Shown: positions 8,981 to 20,527 of the stretch, one piece after another
Layout: each line of letters opens with the position of its first letter
Position numbering within the stretch: the stretch's first letter is position 1
Position numbers and translations under genes: made by a program
The notes under the pieces: model-generated
Database searches by the model: none
What the model was told of the DNA's origin: nothing
The model's input: only the letters and a program-made list of their open reading frames with translations
Origin: an uncultured Alcaligenaceae bacterium
Lineage (GTDB): Bacteria; Pseudomonadota; Gammaproteobacteria; Burkholderiales; Burkholderiaceae_B
Direction of reading: 5' to 3'
Assembly: GCA_937995985.1 (NCBI GenBank)
Contig: CALKIR010000023.1
Span: 116,466-180,465, forward strand
DNA: 64,000 nt

Positions 8981-10159
8981 ATGAAAAAGACATTGCTCGC
9001 TGCTGCTCTGATGGTCGGCTTTGCTGGCGTCGCGCAAGCAGAAACATCTGTAACCCTGTACGGGGTTGTTGACGGTGGTATTGGTTACCAACGTGTAAAA
9101 GGTAATGATGAAAACGGTGATAGCGCAAAGGCTACTCGCACCGGCTTGCTCAGCGGCGTTCAGCGCGGTAACCGCTGGGGTTTGAGAGGCACTGAGGACC
9201 TCGGCGACGGTTTGCGCTTTATCTTCCAGCTCGAGAGCGGCTTCAATATTGCCGATGGTAATTCCGCTCAAGGGGGCCGTCTGTTTGGTCGTGAGGCCCA
9301 TTTTGGTCTCGCTGGGGATAACTGGGGTCAGTTGACCTTTGGTCGTCAGACAACTGTTAGCTCCCTTTATATGCCTGGTATTGCTAGCCCCTTTGGTGGC
9401 AGCTTCATGCAAGCCAATGCTGGTGCAACCTTTAGCGCGATCAACACCACCCGCTACGACAACATGATTCAGTACCAAACACCTAGCTATGCTGGTTTTC
9501 AGTTGGGTGTGGGCTACTCCTTTAACACCAATGGCGCTCAATACGGCACCCTAAAGAGAGCCGACGGCAGCAAGATCAAGCCCGATCAGCAGGCCTGGAG
9601 CACCGCATTGCGTTATGCTAATGGTCCTATCGCTGTTGGTTTAAGCTATGACCAGAATCGCTCTGCCAGAAATTCGTGGGATGATGACGAGAAAGTTAAA
9701 GACTGGGGCGGCTCAAATAAGCGCGTGACCGCCAAAGAGTGGACCTTGGCTGCTAGCTACGATTTTGAGGTGGTTAAGTTGCACTTGGCTGGAGGTCAGT
9801 CCCGCGATGGCTTGATCACTCCTGAGTCTTACTATGGGATCGGTGGGAAAGTCGTTGATGTTGGTCTCAATGATGGCCTTTTTAACAAAGGCTTCCGCGC
9901 TAACAACTACACTGTTGGTTTGAGTGCTCCTGTAGGTGCTGGTAAGGTAATGGCTTCTTGGGGTATGAGCGACCTGCGTAAGACTGCTAATGGAGATAAG
10001 AGCGATTATAAAAATCAGCAGATCTACAGCTTGGGTTACACCTACCCCTTGTCTAAGCGCACCAATGTATACGCTATTGGTTCTTACGCCAAAAACGTTT
10101 ACTATGCGCCCAAGCTCAAGTCCACTCTCGTGGGCGTTGGTTTGAGCCACCAGTTCTAA
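8981..10159 (+). CDS. outer-membrane porin (Gram-negative general porin, Bordetella/Neisseria type)
   Basis: Signal peptide MKKTLLAAALMVGFAGVAQA followed by ETSVTLYGVVDGG. The body has an alternating beta-strand pattern and ends in a C-terminal ...GLSHQF. The ATG at 8981 is preceded by GGAG. Confidence 0.92.
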   Translation: MKKTLLAAALMVGFAGVAQAETSVTLYGVVDGGIGYQRVKGNDENGDSAKATRTGLLSGVQRGNRWGLRGTEDLGDGLRFIFQLESGFNIADGNSAQGGRLFGREAHFGLAGDNWGQLTFGRQTTVSSLYMPGIASPFGGSFMQANAGATFSAINTTRYDNMIQYQTPSYAGFQLGVGYSFNTNGAQYGTLKRADGSKIKPDQQAWSTALRYANGPIAVGLSYDQNRSARNSWDDDEKVKDWGGSNKRVTAKEWTLAASYDFEVVKLHLAGGQSRDGLITPESYYGIGGKVVDVGLNDGLFNKGFRANNYTVGLSAPVGAGKVMASWGMSDLRKTANGDKSDYKNQQIYSLGYTYPLSKRTNVYAIGSYAKNVYYAPKLKSTLVGVGLSHQF

Positions 10160-10195
10160 TTTTTGCGTAGCTTGACTACGTGAGTTAGATAGATA

Positions 10196-10229
10196 AAAAG
10201 CCACTCGCTTGCGGGTGGCTTTTCTTTTG
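10196..10229. terminator. bidirectional rho-independent terminator between the convergent porin and thioesterase genes
   Basis: Stem GCCACTC(G)/(C)GGGTGGC, flanked by AAAA upstream and TTTTCTTTTG downstream. Confidence 0.7.
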
Positions 10230-10274
10230 TCTCGAGCTCAGTGTTCAGGAGGGGGCGGATCGTAGTGGGTCAGC

Positions 10275-10754
10275 TTATTTTTGTGTTGAGGTAGGGGGCA
10301 GCCAGTGCGTGAGCTGTTGGCGCATGTGTGGCGGGATAGGGGTGGATTTTCTGTGTTTTGGATCAACGATGACCATGACGGTTTCGTTGTGAAAAGCTAT
10401 CAGTCCGTTTTGGCCGATAAGGGCCTCTAATATAAATGAGCTATTGCCAATGCGTTTGACACGCTTGTAAACATCTACAGCCCCTGGCCAGTTCATCTCA
10501 GCTAGGTAATCCGCACTAATATGAGCGACTACATTCATGGTGTTGCGCTCTTCGGCGCTTTTAATGTGGTACAGCATTTTAGAGCGTACATCCTCAATGA
10601 TGCGCAAATATGCAACATTATTGACATGGCCTTGACGGTCAATGTCGCTGTACTGTAGTTCATATTGAACGTGGTAGGGGTAATGTTCGGGATTCAGGTG
10701 CTCGGCCTTCTCTGTGCTGCGTAGTACTTGGGTTTGGGAATGTGTATTGGTCAT
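10275..10754 (-). CDS. acyl-CoA thioesterase, 4HBT/YbgC-like hotdog fold
   Basis: 159 aa with the DIDRQGHVNNVAYLRI motif characteristic of 4HBT-type thioesterases. Confidence 0.75.
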   Translation of the reverse strand: MTNTHSQTQVLRSTEKAEHLNPEHYPYHVQYELQYSDIDRQGHVNNVAYLRIIEDVRSKMLYHIKSAEERNTMNVVAHISADYLAEMNWPGAVDVYKRVKRIGNSSFILEALIGQNGLIAFHNETVMVIVDPKHRKSTPIPPHMRQQLTHWLPPTSTQK

Positions 10755-10840
10755 AAGTCTGAGTATTTAAGTAATAATGAGTAAAAGCTTAAATTCAGAA
10801 AGTATGCCTTTTTTTGTTTTTATATCAATAGAAAGTAGTA

Positions 10841-10869
10841 TTGGAGTTGGGTTTGTCGCAAACTATAAG
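10841..10869 (+). promoter_or_regulatory. candidate sigma70 promoter of the nuo operon
   Basis: TTGGAG, a 17-nt spacer, then TATAAG, in an AT-rich divergent intergenic region about 80 nt upstream of nuoA. This is a motif match only. Confidence 0.2.
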
Positions 10870-10949
10870 AATCTTATGAGTGAAAACCCGAAAAGAAATT
10901 ACATCAATGCTACAATCTAGTCGGTTATGGATTGCACATGGGTATAGGC

Positions 10950-11309
10950 ATGAACTTGCAGAACTACTTTCCAGTTTTAATGTTTATTATTGTTGCAACT
11001 TTGCTGGGTATGGCATTGGTTGCAGCAGGTCGTATTCTCGGGCCGCATCGTCCGTACGATGAAAAGCTTTCTCCTTATGAGTGCGGTTTCGAGGAGTTTG
11101 GCGATTCGCGCATGAATGTCGATATTCGCTATTATCTCATTGCCATTCTATTTATTATGTTTGATTTAGAAATTGCCTTTCTGTTCCCGTGGGCAATGGC
11201 ATATGGCACTGTAGGCATCGTGGGCTTTGTCACTGCGATGGTTTTTTTGCTGATTCTAACTGTAGGTTTTATTTACGAGTGGAAGAAGGGTGCATTAGAC
11301 TGGGAGTAA
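10950..11309 (+). CDS. nuoA: NADH-quinone oxidoreductase subunit A
   Basis: Three TM helices and the PYECGF motif. The ATG at 10950 gives a typical 119 aa; the ATG at 10932 is an alternative start. Confidence 0.93.
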   Translation: MNLQNYFPVLMFIIVATLLGMALVAAGRILGPHRPYDEKLSPYECGFEEFGDSRMNVDIRYYLIAILFIMFDLEIAFLFPWAMAYGTVGIVGFVTAMVFLLILTVGFIYEWKKGALDWE

Positions 11310-11336
11310 CCCCCATTCAATTTCAAGGGCAGTGAT

Positions 11337-11813
11337 ATGGCTATTGACGGCATTTTAAAAGAAGGTTTTATTACCACCAGTGCGGACAAGTTTCTGAACT
11401 GGGCCAAGACCGGTTCGCTTTGGCCGATGACATTTGGTCTGGCCTGTTGTGCGGTCGAGATGATGCATGCAGGTGCAGCGCGTTATGATCTTGACCAGTT
11501 TGGAATTATTTTTAGAGCCAGTCCCCGTCAATCTGATTTAATGATTGTGGCGGGGACTTTATGTAACAAAATGGCGCCCGCGTTACGCAAGGTGTATGAC
11601 CAAATGGCTGAGCCGCGTTGGGTGGTATCCATGGGGTCCTGTGCTAATGGAGGGGGGTATTACCACTATTCCTATTCAGTGGTACGGGGCTGCGATAGAA
11701 TTGTGCCGGTGGATATTTATGTGCCCGGGTGTCCGCCGACGGCCGAGGCATTGGTGTATGGCTTGATTCAAATGCAAAACAAGATTCGTTTAACCAATAC
11801 CATTGCGCGCTAA
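11337..11813 (+). CDS. nuoB: NADH-quinone oxidoreductase subunit B
   Basis: N2-cluster ligand motifs [17 protein letters not shown] and PGCPP. Confidence 0.97.
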   Translation: MAIDGILKEGFITTSADKFLNWAKTGSLWPMTFGLACCAVEMMHAGAARYDLDQFGIIFRASPRQSDLMIVAGTLCNKMAPALRKVYDQMAEPRWVVSMGSCANGGGYYHYSYSVVRGCDRIVPVDIYVPGCPPTAEALVYGLIQMQNKIRLTNTIAR

Positions 11814-11847
11814 GCCACAGGCAGCGTATGGCTTTAAAGGCACTATC

Positions 11848-12459
11848 ATGACACGTCTTACGACTTTAGAGACCAATTTAAAAACCGTATTAGGTGAGGA
11901 TATTGACCTGACTCGTGCGCTTGGGGAGCTCACCTTGCAGGTGCCCGCGGATCAATGGGTGGCGCTATGCCGCACGCTACGCGACCATGCAGATTTGCGC
12001 TTTGAAACCTGTATCGATCTCTGCGCCGTTGATTATTCCGCTTGGCGTGCACCTACCTATACGGATGCGGCCCAGCATTTTCCACAGCGTTTTGCAGTGG
12101 TACTACATCTGCTGTCGTTGACGCATAATTGGCGTTTACGTGTGCGTACCTTTGTTCCAAACGATGAGTTTCCTCTCCTCCCTACTTTGTGTGATGTATG
12201 GCCCTCGGTCAATTGGTTTGAACGAGAGGCCTTTGATTTATTTGGGGTGGTATTTGAGGGGCATCCGGATTTGCGTCGTATTTTGACAGACTATGGCTTT
12301 ATTGGTCATCCTTTCCGCAAGGATTTCCCCATCTCGGGTTATGTAGAAATGCGTTATGACCCAGAGCAAAAGCGGGTTGTTTATCAACCAGTGACCATCG
12401 AGCCACGCGAAATTGTGCCCCGCGTGGTGCGCGAAGACGATTATGGTATAGGGCGTTAA
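11848..12459 (+). CDS. nuoC: NADH-quinone oxidoreductase subunit C
   Basis: Shows the 30-kDa subunit pattern ([24 protein letters not shown]). The ATG at 11848 was chosen because the ORF-track start overlaps nuoB. Confidence 0.95.
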   Translation: MTRLTTLETNLKTVLGEDIDLTRALGELTLQVPADQWVALCRTLRDHADLRFETCIDLCAVDYSAWRAPTYTDAAQHFPQRFAVVLHLLSLTHNWRLRVRTFVPNDEFPLLPTLCDVWPSVNWFEREAFDLFGVVFEGHPDLRRILTDYGFIGHPFRKDFPISGYVEMRYDPEQKRVVYQPVTIEPREIVPRVVREDDYGIGR

Positions 12460-12464
12460 TCATC

Positions 12465-13718
12465 ATGGCTGAAATCAAAAATTACACCTTAAACTTTGGT
12501 CCTCAGCACCCGGCAGCGCACGGTGTGTTGCGTTTGGTGCTTGAGATGGATGGCGAGGTCATTCAGCGTGCTGACCCGCATATTGGATTGTTGCACCGAG
12601 CGACTGAAAAATTAGCGGAAAACCGCACTTATCTGCAGACATTGCCCTATATGGACCGACTTGATTATGTCTCCATGATGTGCAATGAGCATGCCTATTG
12701 CCTGGCAGTGGAAAAGCTGTTGGGCATCGAGGTGCCGCTGCGGGCGCAGTATATCCGAGTCATGTTTGACGAGATTACGCGCTTATCCAATCACTTAATG
12801 TCGGTGGGGTCCCATGCGCTAGACGTAGGTGCTATGGCTGTGTTTTTATACGCATTTCGTGAGCGTGAGGACATCATGGATATGTATGAGGCGGTTTCTG
12901 GTGCGCGAATGCACGCCGCCTATTATCGTCCAGGTGGTGTGTATCGTGATCTGCCCGATACCATGCCTCAGTATCAGCCGAGCAAGTATCGCAGCGAAAA
13001 GGAATTGCGTGCGATGAACGAGGATCGCTCTGGCTCATTGCTTGATTTTATCGAAGCCTTTACGGAGCGCTTTCCCAAGTGTGTGGATGAGTATGAGACT
13101 CTGCTGACTGAAAACCGTATTTGGAAGCAGCGTCTCGTTGATGTCGGGGTGGTCAGCGCTGAGCGTGCAATGGCACTTGGCTTTACTGGACCCATGTTAA
13201 GAGGGTCGGGGGTAGAGTGGGATGTGCGCAAAAAACAGCCTTATGCTGTCTATGACCGGGTAGAGTTTGATGTGCCAGTGGGCACGAACGGTGATTGCTA
13301 TGACCGTTATTTGGTGCGTATCCAAGAGATGCGCGAAAGCAATAGAATTATTCGCCAATGCGTGGAATGGCTGCGCAATAATCCCGGACCAGTCATTACC
13401 GATAATCACAAGGTAGCGCCTCCTAAGCGTGAGCGTATGAAAACGGGCATGGAGGATCTTATCCATCATTTCAAACTCTTTTCTGAGGGCATGCATGTGC
13501 CGCCAGGCGAGGCCTACGCTGGCATTGAGCATCCCAAGGGCGAGTTTGGTGTGTATTTGATCTCTGATGGGGCCAATAAGCCTTATCGCATGAAAATTCG
13601 TGCCCCTGGTTTTGTGCACCTGCAATCCTTGGACGAGATGTCTCGAGGCCATATGTTGGCTGATTGTGTCACCATTATTGGTACTCAGGACATCGTGTTT
13701 GGTGAAATTGACCGCTAA
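12465..13718 (+). CDS. nuoD: NADH-quinone oxidoreductase subunit D
   Basis: 417 aa with the [14 protein letters not shown] motif. It is separate from nuoC, not fused as in E. coli. Confidence 0.97.
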   Translation: MAEIKNYTLNFGPQHPAAHGVLRLVLEMDGEVIQRADPHIGLLHRATEKLAENRTYLQTLPYMDRLDYVSMMCNEHAYCLAVEKLLGIEVPLRAQYIRVMFDEITRLSNHLMSVGSHALDVGAMAVFLYAFREREDIMDMYEAVSGARMHAAYYRPGGVYRDLPDTMPQYQPSKYRSEKELRAMNEDRSGSLLDFIEAFTERFPKCVDEYETLLTENRIWKQRLVDVGVVSAERAMALGFTGPMLRGSGVEWDVRKKQPYAVYDRVEFDVPVGTNGDCYDRYLVRIQEMRESNRIIRQCVEWLRNNPGPVITDNHKVAPPKRERMKTGMEDLIHHFKLFSEGMHVPPGEAYAGIEHPKGEFGVYLISDGANKPYRMKIRAPGFVHLQSLDEMSRGHMLADCVTIIGTQDIVFGEIDR

Positions 13719-13748
13719 GGCGGCCTTGTGGAACGACGGAATCGAATT

Positions 13749-14243
13749 ATGCTGCTTTCCGAACAAGCTTATCAACGAATCGACCGCGAGCTAACTAAGT
13801 TTCCGGAAGATCAAAAACGCTCAGCGATTATGGCTGCATTAGCCATTGCCCAAGAGGAAAAAGGGTGGGTGTCTACCGAGGTGATTGAAGATGTAGCCGC
13901 GTATTTGGGGGTTCCTCCCATACAGGTCCAAGAGGTCGCTACCTTTTACGACATGTTTCATGTACGCCCGGTGGGTCGCTTTACTATTTCTGTGTGTACC
14001 AATTTACCGTGTGCTCTTAGAGACGGGGTGCGTTCGGGCGAATACCTCAAGAAAAAACTTGGCATCGATTATGGTGAGACCACACCAGATGGGTTGTTTA
14101 CTCTTGAAGAGGCTGAGTGTATGGGGTCGTGTGGTGATGCTCCCGTAATGCTACTCAATAATCATCATATGTGTTTGCATATGCAAGAAGAACGTATTGA
14201 TTTTATGCTCGAAGAGCTTAGAAAAGAGGGGGAGTCCGCATGA
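13749..14243 (+). CDS. nuoE: NADH-quinone oxidoreductase subunit E
   Basis: [2Fe-2S] ligands are present (CTNLPC ... CMGSCGDAP). The N-terminus MLLSEQAY fits betaproteobacterial NuoE; the GTG at 13728 is an alternative start. Confidence 0.93.
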   Translation: MLLSEQAYQRIDRELTKFPEDQKRSAIMAALAIAQEEKGWVSTEVIEDVAAYLGVPPIQVQEVATFYDMFHVRPVGRFTISVCTNLPCALRDGVRSGEYLKKKLGIDYGETTPDGLFTLEEAECMGSCGDAPVMLLNNHHMCLHMQEERIDFMLEELRKEGESA

Positions 14244-15601
14244 GTAAGGCCAGTGTGTTTGAACGGTTAGCTCAGGGGTTGGATCCCAATCCTTTAAATG
14301 ATTGGTCGCGCAGCATGATTTTTCATGGCCGCCATATTAACCCTCAGATCTTAGCTGGACTTGATGGCACGAATTGGGATTTAGAGGGCTATATTAAGCG
14401 TGGTGGCTATGAGGGACTGAAAAAAGCGCTCAGCATGAGTCCCGAAGAGGTGGTTGCTGAGGTCAAGCAGTCTGTGTTGCGTGGCCGAGGCGGGGCGGGC
14501 TTCCCTAGTGGTCTCAAGTGGAGTTTTATGCCCCGTGATTTGCCCGGTGACAAGTATTTGGTCTGTAACTCAGATGAGGGTGAGCCGGGGACCTTTAAAG
14601 ACCGTGATATTTTGCGTTTCAATCCGCATGCTGTTATTGAAGGCATGGCTATTGCTGCTTATGCAATGGGAATTCATGTCGGTTATAACTACATTCACGG
14701 TGAAATCTTTGAGGTGTATCAGCGCTTTGAAGAGGCTATTGAGCAGGCCCGTCAGGCTGGGTTTTTAGGTAAAAATATATTAGATTCAGGCTTTGATTTT
14801 GAGCTCCATGCCTTTCATGGTTATGGAGCCTATATTTGTGGTGAGGAAACAGCATTATTGGAGTCCCTCGAAGGCAAGCGTGGCAATCCTCGCTTTAAGC
14901 CTCCTTTCCCCGCCAGCTATGGCTTATATGGTAAGCCCACCACAATTAATAATACGGAGACCTTTGCTGCGGTTCCTTGGATTTTCCGTCATAGTGGCAA
15001 AGCGTTTCTTGAGGCGGGGGTGGAAAATGCAGGAGGAACAAAGATTTTCTCAGTATCAGGCGATGTGGAGTTGCCTGGTAATTATGAGGTGCCTATGGGC
15101 ACTCCGTTTGCAAAGTTACTCGAGTTAGCAGGCGGGGTACGGGGTGGACGCAAGCTTAAGGCCGTTATTCCCGGTGGGTCCAGTGCGCCAGTAGTACCCG
15201 GCCATATTATGATGGAAACCAACATGGATTTTGACTCCGTAGCTAAAGCTGGGTCGATGCTTGGGTCTGGTGCTGTGATTGTGATGGATGAGACCCGTTG
15301 CATGGTTAAGTCCTTGTTGCGTTTATCTTATTTTTATTACCACGAGAGTTGCGGTCAGTGCACCCCATGTCGCGAGGGGACTGGCTGGTTGTGGCGTATG
15401 GTGCATCGGGTCGAGCATGGCCAAGGCCGAATGGAAGACCTCGATATGTTGGATGAAATTGCCAACAACATCATTGGGCGCACGATTTGCGGTCTGGGTG
15501 ATGCAGCCGCATTCCCCGTGCGTAGTTTTGTCAAGCATTTCCGCGACGAGTTCGCACACCACATCGAGCATAAGCAGTGTGTGGTGCCCCAATATTTGTA
15601 G
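14240..15601 (+). CDS. nuoF: NADH-quinone oxidoreductase subunit F
   Basis: [18 protein letters not shown] site and [13 protein letters not shown]3 cluster. An ATGA overlap couples it to nuoE. Confidence 0.97.
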   Translation: MSKASVFERLAQGLDPNPLNDWSRSMIFHGRHINPQILAGLDGTNWDLEGYIKRGGYEGLKKALSMSPEEVVAEVKQSVLRGRGGAGFPSGLKWSFMPRDLPGDKYLVCNSDEGEPGTFKDRDILRFNPHAVIEGMAIAAYAMGIHVGYNYIHGEIFEVYQRFEEAIEQARQAGFLGKNILDSGFDFELHAFHGYGAYICGEETALLESLEGKRGNPRFKPPFPASYGLYGKPTTINNTETFAAVPWIFRHSGKAFLEAGVENAGGTKIFSVSGDVELPGNYEVPMGTPFAKLLELAGGVRGGRKLKAVIPGGSSAPVVPGHIMMETNMDFDSVAKAGSMLGSGAVIVMDETRCMVKSLLRLSYFYYHESCGQCTPCREGTGWLWRMVHRVEHGQGRMEDLDMLDEIANNIIGRTICGLGDAAAFPVRSFVKHFRDEFAHHIEHKQCVVPQYL

Positions 15602-15616
15602 GCTCAGGACGATTTC

Positions 15617-17947
15617 ATGGTAGAACTCACCATTGACGGCATCAAAGTGGAAGCACCCGAAGGCAGCATGGTTATTCAGGCTGCTCAAGACGCGGGCGTA
15701 TATGTGCCGCACTTTTGTTATCACAAGAAACTCAGCATAGCCGCCAACTGTCGTATGTGTTTAGTCGAGGTGGAAAAAGCGCCTAAGCCTTTGCCGGCTT
15801 GTGCAACGCCCGTGACTAACGGCATGGTGGTCTTTACGCGCTCTGAAAAGGCAATTGCCGCGCAAAAAGATGTGATGGAGTTCCTGCTCATCAACCACCC
15901 GCTTGATTGCCCAGTCTGCGATCAAGGAGGGGAGTGTCAGTTGCAGGATTTGGCAGTTGGTTATGGCGCTTCTGAGTCCCGTTACAAAGAGACCAAGCGA
16001 GTGGTTCATGCAAAATCTATGGGGCCACTTATTTCTACCGAAGCGATGCAACGCTGCATTCACTGTACGCGTTGTATTCGTGTCGGGGAGGAAATAGGCG
16101 GTATCCAAGAAGTAGGCATGATTCAACGGGGTGAGCATTCAGAAATTACCACCTTTGTTGGTCGAGCTGTGGAATCTGAGTTATCCGGTAACATGATTGA
16201 TGTGTGTCCGGTTGGGGCTTTGCTCTCTAAGCCCTTTCAGATGAAGGCACGTACTTGGGAGCTGAGCAGACGATTTAGCATCAGTCCTCATGATAGCTTA
16301 GGTGCTAATTTAGTCGTTCAGTCGTATCGCGATCGTGTGCTGCGTGTAGTGCCATTTGAAAACGAAGAAGTAAATGAGTGTTGGCTCAGTGACCGTGACC
16401 GCTTTTCTTATGAGGGGTTGTACAGCGAAGATCGCTTGGAGCAGCCGATGATTCGAGAAAATGACGGCAGCTGGCGTGAGGCTTCTTGGAATGAGGCTCT
16501 GCAGCATGTGGTCAATGGGATCAAAGCTATTCGAGAAAAGTTTGGAGCACAGCAAATTGGCTCCATAGCTGCACCTCATAGCACCCTCGAGGAGCTGTCC
16601 TTATTAGCCCGCTTGACGCGTGCACTGGGCTCAGAAAATATTGATTTTCGTTTGCGCCAAACTGACCCGCGCCTCAATCAGGTGCTCACAGGCATTCCTT
16701 GGTTAGGCATGCCTATTGCTGAGCTAAATCACCTTGATCGTGTTTTGGTGGTGGGATCATTTTTGCGTAAGGACCACCCATTGATGGCGCAGCGTTTACG
16801 TCAGGCGGTTAAAAAGGGAGCGCAGATTAGCTTCATAGATTCTGCAGCGGACGATCCCTTATTTGCTCGTGTACAAGCGCGTATGACTGTTGCACCAAGT
16901 CAGATTGCCAATGCCTTAGCAGAGGTGGTGGTCGCTCTGGCCCGCAAGAGCGGTAACGATGTACCTGCGGCCTTTGGGGCGGTTGAACCAAGCGCAGAGG
17001 CTGAAAACATTGCGAATAGCCTTGCCTCAGGGGAACGCACCGCTATTCTTATCGGCAATATGGCATTGGCATCTGATCAAGCCAGTGTAATTTTGTCTAA
17101 TGCACAATGTGCTGCTGACTTGGCACAGGCAAATTTGGGCTTTTTGACCCCTGGAGCCAATACAGTAGGAGGCTATATCGCCAAGGCTATCCCCAGTCAA
17201 GGGGGGCTGAGTGCAGAGGAAATGCTCAGCAAGTCTTTGCAAGCCTATTTGGTGCTTCATGTTGAGCCCCAATTAGACAGCGATGTAGGCGCACGCAGTA
17301 TCGAGGTGTTGAAGAATGCTGCATTGTCTGTAGCGCTGACTAGCTATTTTTCCGCTGCCTCTGAATGGGCAGATGTAATGTTGCCTATTGCGCCCTTTAC
17401 TGAAACCTCTGGCACGTTCATCAATGCCGAAGGTCGAGTGCAGAGTTTCCGAGGGGTGGCTGCTCCTGTTGGGGACACGCGTCCTGCCTGGAAAGTGTTA
17501 CGTGTATTAGGCAATTTATTCGAATGTGAAGGTTTTGATGAGGAAAGCTCTGAAGCGGTACGGGATGCGGTGATTGGTGCAGGGGTGAATGCACAGTTAT
17601 CTAATCGCATCAAGGCCCAGCCAGCTTTGGTTGAGCCGTTAGAAGGTTTGGAGCGAGTGACCGAGGTCCCCATCTATCGTAGTGACGCTTTGGTGCGTCG
17701 TTCGCAGCCCTTGCAGGATACCGCTAGCAGTGCCGCACCTACAGCGCGTATTCACAAGGATACCCTTGATGAGCTCAATCTTGTTGAGGGAGATATCGTG
17801 CGTGTGCGCTCTGCACAAGGAGAAGCACAGCTGCGAGTACAGTGCGATAATAGCGTTGCTATCGGCTGTGTACGCGTGGCTACCGCATTTGATGCGACCG
17901 CAGCCTTGGGAAGTGCTTTTGGCAAACTGACTGTGGAGCGTGTGTAA
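15617..17947 (+). CDS. nuoG: NADH-quinone oxidoreductase subunit G
   Basis: 776 aa with an N-terminal 2Fe-2S ferredoxin fold, the [14 protein letters not shown] motif and CIHCTRCIR. Confidence 0.97.
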   Translation: MVELTIDGIKVEAPEGSMVIQAAQDAGVYVPHFCYHKKLSIAANCRMCLVEVEKAPKPLPACATPVTNGMVVFTRSEKAIAAQKDVMEFLLINHPLDCPVCDQGGECQLQDLAVGYGASESRYKETKRVVHAKSMGPLISTEAMQRCIHCTRCIRVGEEIGGIQEVGMIQRGEHSEITTFVGRAVESELSGNMIDVCPVGALLSKPFQMKARTWELSRRFSISPHDSLGANLVVQSYRDRVLRVVPFENEEVNECWLSDRDRFSYEGLYSEDRLEQPMIRENDGSWREASWNEALQHVVNGIKAIREKFGAQQIGSIAAPHSTLEELSLLARLTRALGSENIDFRLRQTDPRLNQVLTGIPWLGMPIAELNHLDRVLVVGSFLRKDHPLMAQRLRQAVKKGAQISFIDSAADDPLFARVQARMTVAPSQIANALAEVVVALARKSGNDVPAAFGAVEPSAEAENIANSLASGERTAILIGNMALASDQASVILSNAQCAADLAQANLGFLTPGANTVGGYIAKAIPSQGGLSAEEMLSKSLQAYLVLHVEPQLDSDVGARSIEVLKNAALSVALTSYFSAASEWADVMLPIAPFTETSGTFINAEGRVQSFRGVAAPVGDTRPAWKVLRVLGNLFECEGFDEESSEAVRDAVIGAGVNAQLSNRIKAQPALVEPLEGLERVTEVPIYRSDALVRRSQPLQDTASSAAPTARIHKDTLDELNLVEGDIVRVRSAQGEAQLRVQCDNSVAIGCVRVATAFDATAALGSAFGKLTVERV

Positions 17948-17948
17948 T

Positions 17949-19022
17949 ATGGACTTGCTAGCTGCAATTCATGGTTTTGGCGAGGGCTTGCTCGGTCCTA
18001 CCGTGTGGTATGTGGTGTGGACCGTTATTAAGATCCTCTGTATCGCCTTACCGGTGATCATCTTAGTAGCCTATTTGACTTATTGGGAGCGCAAGATGAT
18101 TGCCTTTATGCACGTGCGTCGGGGGCCAAACCGCGTTGGTTATCGCGGGCTCCTGCAGCCCTTTGCCGATGTGTTTAAGCTGCTGACTAAGGAGATCATT
18201 GTTCCCAGTAGGGCAAACCGAGTACTGTTTGTACTGGCGCCTATTGTGACGTTGATGCCTGCTTTAGCTGCTTGGGCGGTGATTCCTTTTGGGCCAGAGC
18301 TGGTCTTAGCTGATGTAAATGCGGGCTTGCTCTATATTTTGGCAATCACCTCATTAGGGGTATATGGAGTTGTGGTAGCCGGTTGGGCATCAAACTCTAA
18401 GTACGCTTTATTAGGCGGTCTGCGGGCTGCTGCGCAGGTGCTGTCTTATGAGCTTGCCATCGGCTTTATTTTAGTCACTGTATTATTGGTTTCAGGCACC
18501 CTCAACCTAAGCGGTATTGTGCTTGGCCAAGACAAAGGCATGTTTGCCAGTTATGGGGTCAATATATTGTCCTGGAACTGGATTCCCTTATTACCGCTTT
18601 TTGTCATTTATGTCATTTCTGCAGTGGCCGAAACCAACCGTCACCCCTTTGATGTCGTCGAGGGGGAGTCCGAGATCGTTGCTGGACCAATGGTTGAGTA
18701 TTCAGGGATGGGCTTTGCGCTGTTTTTCCTCGGCGAATATGCCAATATGATTTTCTTATCAGCCTTGGCCTCCATCATGTTTTTGGGTGGTTGGTTGCCA
18801 CCATTTGATTTCGCACCATTTACATGGGTGCCTGGCTGGTTATGGCTGGGGTTAAAAACCTTTGTCGTGGTATCAATGTTTATCTGGTTCCGTGCGACAT
18901 TCCCGCGTTATCGTTATGACCAAATTATGCGTCTCGGCTGGAAGGTGTTTATTCCGTTGACAGGGGTTTGGTTAGTGATAGTGGCGATTTGGATGCAAAC
19001 GCCCTGGAACATTTGGCAATAA
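17949..19022 (+). CDS. nuoH: NADH-quinone oxidoreductase subunit H
   Basis: Polytopic membrane protein with the [18 protein letters not shown] motif. The ATG lies 1 nt after the nuoG stop. Confidence 0.96.
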   Translation: MDLLAAIHGFGEGLLGPTVWYVVWTVIKILCIALPVIILVAYLTYWERKMIAFMHVRRGPNRVGYRGLLQPFADVFKLLTKEIIVPSRANRVLFVLAPIVTLMPALAAWAVIPFGPELVLADVNAGLLYILAITSLGVYGVVVAGWASNSKYALLGGLRAAAQVLSYELAIGFILVTVLLVSGTLNLSGIVLGQDKGMFASYGVNILSWNWIPLLPLFVIYVISAVAETNRHPFDVVEGESEIVAGPMVEYSGMGFALFFLGEYANMIFLSALASIMFLGGWLPPFDFAPFTWVPGWLWLGLKTFVVVSMFIWFRATFPRYRYDQIMRLGWKVFIPLTGVWLVIVAIWMQTPWNIWQ

Positions 19023-19038
19023 AGCACGGGGGGCAAAT

Positions 19039-19527
19039 ATGGGAGCAATTAAAGATTTTTTCGGCAGTTTGCTGCTGTCAGAGATGTTTAAAGGCATGCG
19101 CCTGACAGGACGCTATTTTTTCCGCAGAAAAATCACTTTGTATTACCCTGTAGAAAAAACACCGGCGTCGCCACGATTCCGTGGGTTGCATGCCCTGCGT
19201 CGTTATCCTAATGGTGAAGAGCGTTGCATTGCCTGTAAGCTTTGTGAGGCGGTATGTCCTGCAATGGCAATTTCCATCGAGTCTCATCAGCGTGAGGATG
19301 GTACACGCCGTACTACACGCTATGACATCGATTTGGCAAAATGCATTTTTTGCGGCTTTTGTGAAGAGAGTTGCCCAGTGGATTCCATCGTAGAAACTCA
19401 TATTCATGAGTATCACGGGGAAAAACGAGGGGACCTCTATTACACCAAAGATATGCTGCTTGCTATTGGCGATCGCTACGAAAAAGAAATTGCCGAGCGT
19501 CGAGCAATCGATGCGCCGTATCGTTAA
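19039..19527 (+). CDS. nuoI: NADH-quinone oxidoreductase subunit I
   Basis: Two 4Fe-4S motifs: [12 protein letters not shown] and [12 protein letters not shown]. Confidence 0.97.
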   Translation: MGAIKDFFGSLLLSEMFKGMRLTGRYFFRRKITLYYPVEKTPASPRFRGLHALRRYPNGEERCIACKLCEAVCPAMAISIESHQREDGTRRTTRYDIDLAKCIFCGFCEESCPVDSIVETHIHEYHGEKRGDLYYTKDMLLAIGDRYEKEIAERRAIDAPYR

Positions 19528-19542
19528 AGCAGGGAACCAGAC

Positions 19543-20205
19543 ATGACTTTTGCAACCGTTCTGTTTTATGTGTTAGCAGTAGTGCTCGTGGTAGCGGCGT
19601 TCCGGGTAGTGACCGCCTCTAGCCCTGTTGTAGCAGTACTGCATTTGATTCTTGCCTTTTTTACCGCAGCAATGCTGTGGATGACCATGGGCGCTGAGTT
19701 CCTGTCTCTACTTTTGGTAGTAGTGTATGTGGGCGCCGTCATGGTGATGTTTATTTTTGTAATTATGCTGCTTAATTTACGGCAGGCCGAGACGATGCGG
19801 ACACAGCTACGGCCCTATATGCCGTTGGCCATCATTATCGCAGCCATTATGATTTTAGAGATGGCCTTTGTGTTAATTCGTTCTTTTGTCGGTGCCGGGC
19901 CGCAGGCAGTAGTTCCTGACGATACCAATAATGTACGCGCCATAGGTGAACTTATGTTTACTGAATATGCCTTTGCTGTTGAGGTCGGCGGGGTGGTGCT
20001 GTTGGTGGGCATGGTGTCAGCCATTGCTCTGACCTTGCGTCGTCGTACTGATGTCATTCGTACAGATGTAAGCAAACAGGTACGAGTACGTCGTGATGAC
20101 CGGTTGCGTATCGTTTCCATGCAGGCCGAGCCGCGTGAAGAAATTAATTCACGCTCACGGCAAAAGGACCTATCCTCGGGCAAGACCTCAGGAGAAGAAT
20201 CATGA
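19543..20205 (+). CDS. nuoJ: NADH-quinone oxidoreductase subunit J (charged C-terminal tail)
   Basis: Five hydrophobic helices in the correct operon position. The stop overlaps the nuoK start (ATGA). Confidence 0.93.
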   Translation: MTFATVLFYVLAVVLVVAAFRVVTASSPVVAVLHLILAFFTAAMLWMTMGAEFLSLLLVVVYVGAVMVMFIFVIMLLNLRQAETMRTQLRPYMPLAIIIAAIMILEMAFVLIRSFVGAGPQAVVPDDTNNVRAIGELMFTEYAFAVEVGGVVLLVGMVSAIALTLRRRTDVIRTDVSKQVRVRRDDRLRIVSMQAEPREEINSRSRQKDLSSGKTSGEES

Positions 20206-20513
20206 TAACACTCAGTTTGCCGCATTATTTAGTGCTTGGCGCCATCTTGTTTACGATTGGCCTGTTTGGGTTTTTTTTCAATCGGCGCAATCTCATCATC
20301 TTATTGATGTCGGTCGAGCTCATTTTGCTTTCAGCTAATTTCAATTTTATTGCGTTTTCGACCTGGTTCGGAGACACAGCAGGACAAGTTTTTGTATTCT
20401 TTGTGTTGACGGTTGCAGCTGCTGAGGCAGCAATTGGGCTAGCCATACTCGTGCTGCTATTCCGCAACTTGAATACGATTAACGTAGAAAAACTTGACCA
20501 GCTCAAGGGTTGA
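20202..20513 (+). CDS. nuoK: NADH-quinone oxidoreductase subunit K
   Basis: 103 aa with three TM helices and the conserved LSANFNF / [12 protein letters not shown] pattern. Confidence 0.95.
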   Translation: MITLSLPHYLVLGAILFTIGLFGFFFNRRNLIILLMSVELILLSANFNFIAFSTWFGDTAGQVFVFFVLTVAAAEAAIGLAILVLLFRNLNTINVEKLDQLKG

Positions 20514-20527
20514 TGGGATAGCACATT

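Noticed and set aside
8724-9128. A 134-aa minus-strand ORF, and a 58-codon plus-strand ORF (8739-8915), in the tRNA-Leu / porin intergenic region.
   Set aside because: The minus ORF overlaps the porin signal-peptide region. Neither has recognisable similarity, hydrophobic or cofactor patterns. They are kept only as a note within the porin-leader finding.
8496-10754. A possible genomic islet inserted at tRNA-Leu (porin plus thioesterase between secG/tRNA-Leu and nuoA).
   Set aside because: There is no integrase and no visible direct repeat of the tRNA 3' end downstream. Composition looks host-like. As far as I recall, a major porin gene adjacent to nuoA is normal for Alcaligenaceae.
13197-13775. 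A 192-aa ORF antisense to nuoD. Similar long antisense or shadow ORFs occur at 8975-9541, 9713-10204, 15323-15724, 19815-20225, 48529-48948 and 60170-60640.
   Set aside because: Each lies entirely within, and opposite to or out of frame with, a gene of unmistakable identity. Their translations are low-complexity with no recognisable motifs, which is typical of shadow ORFs.
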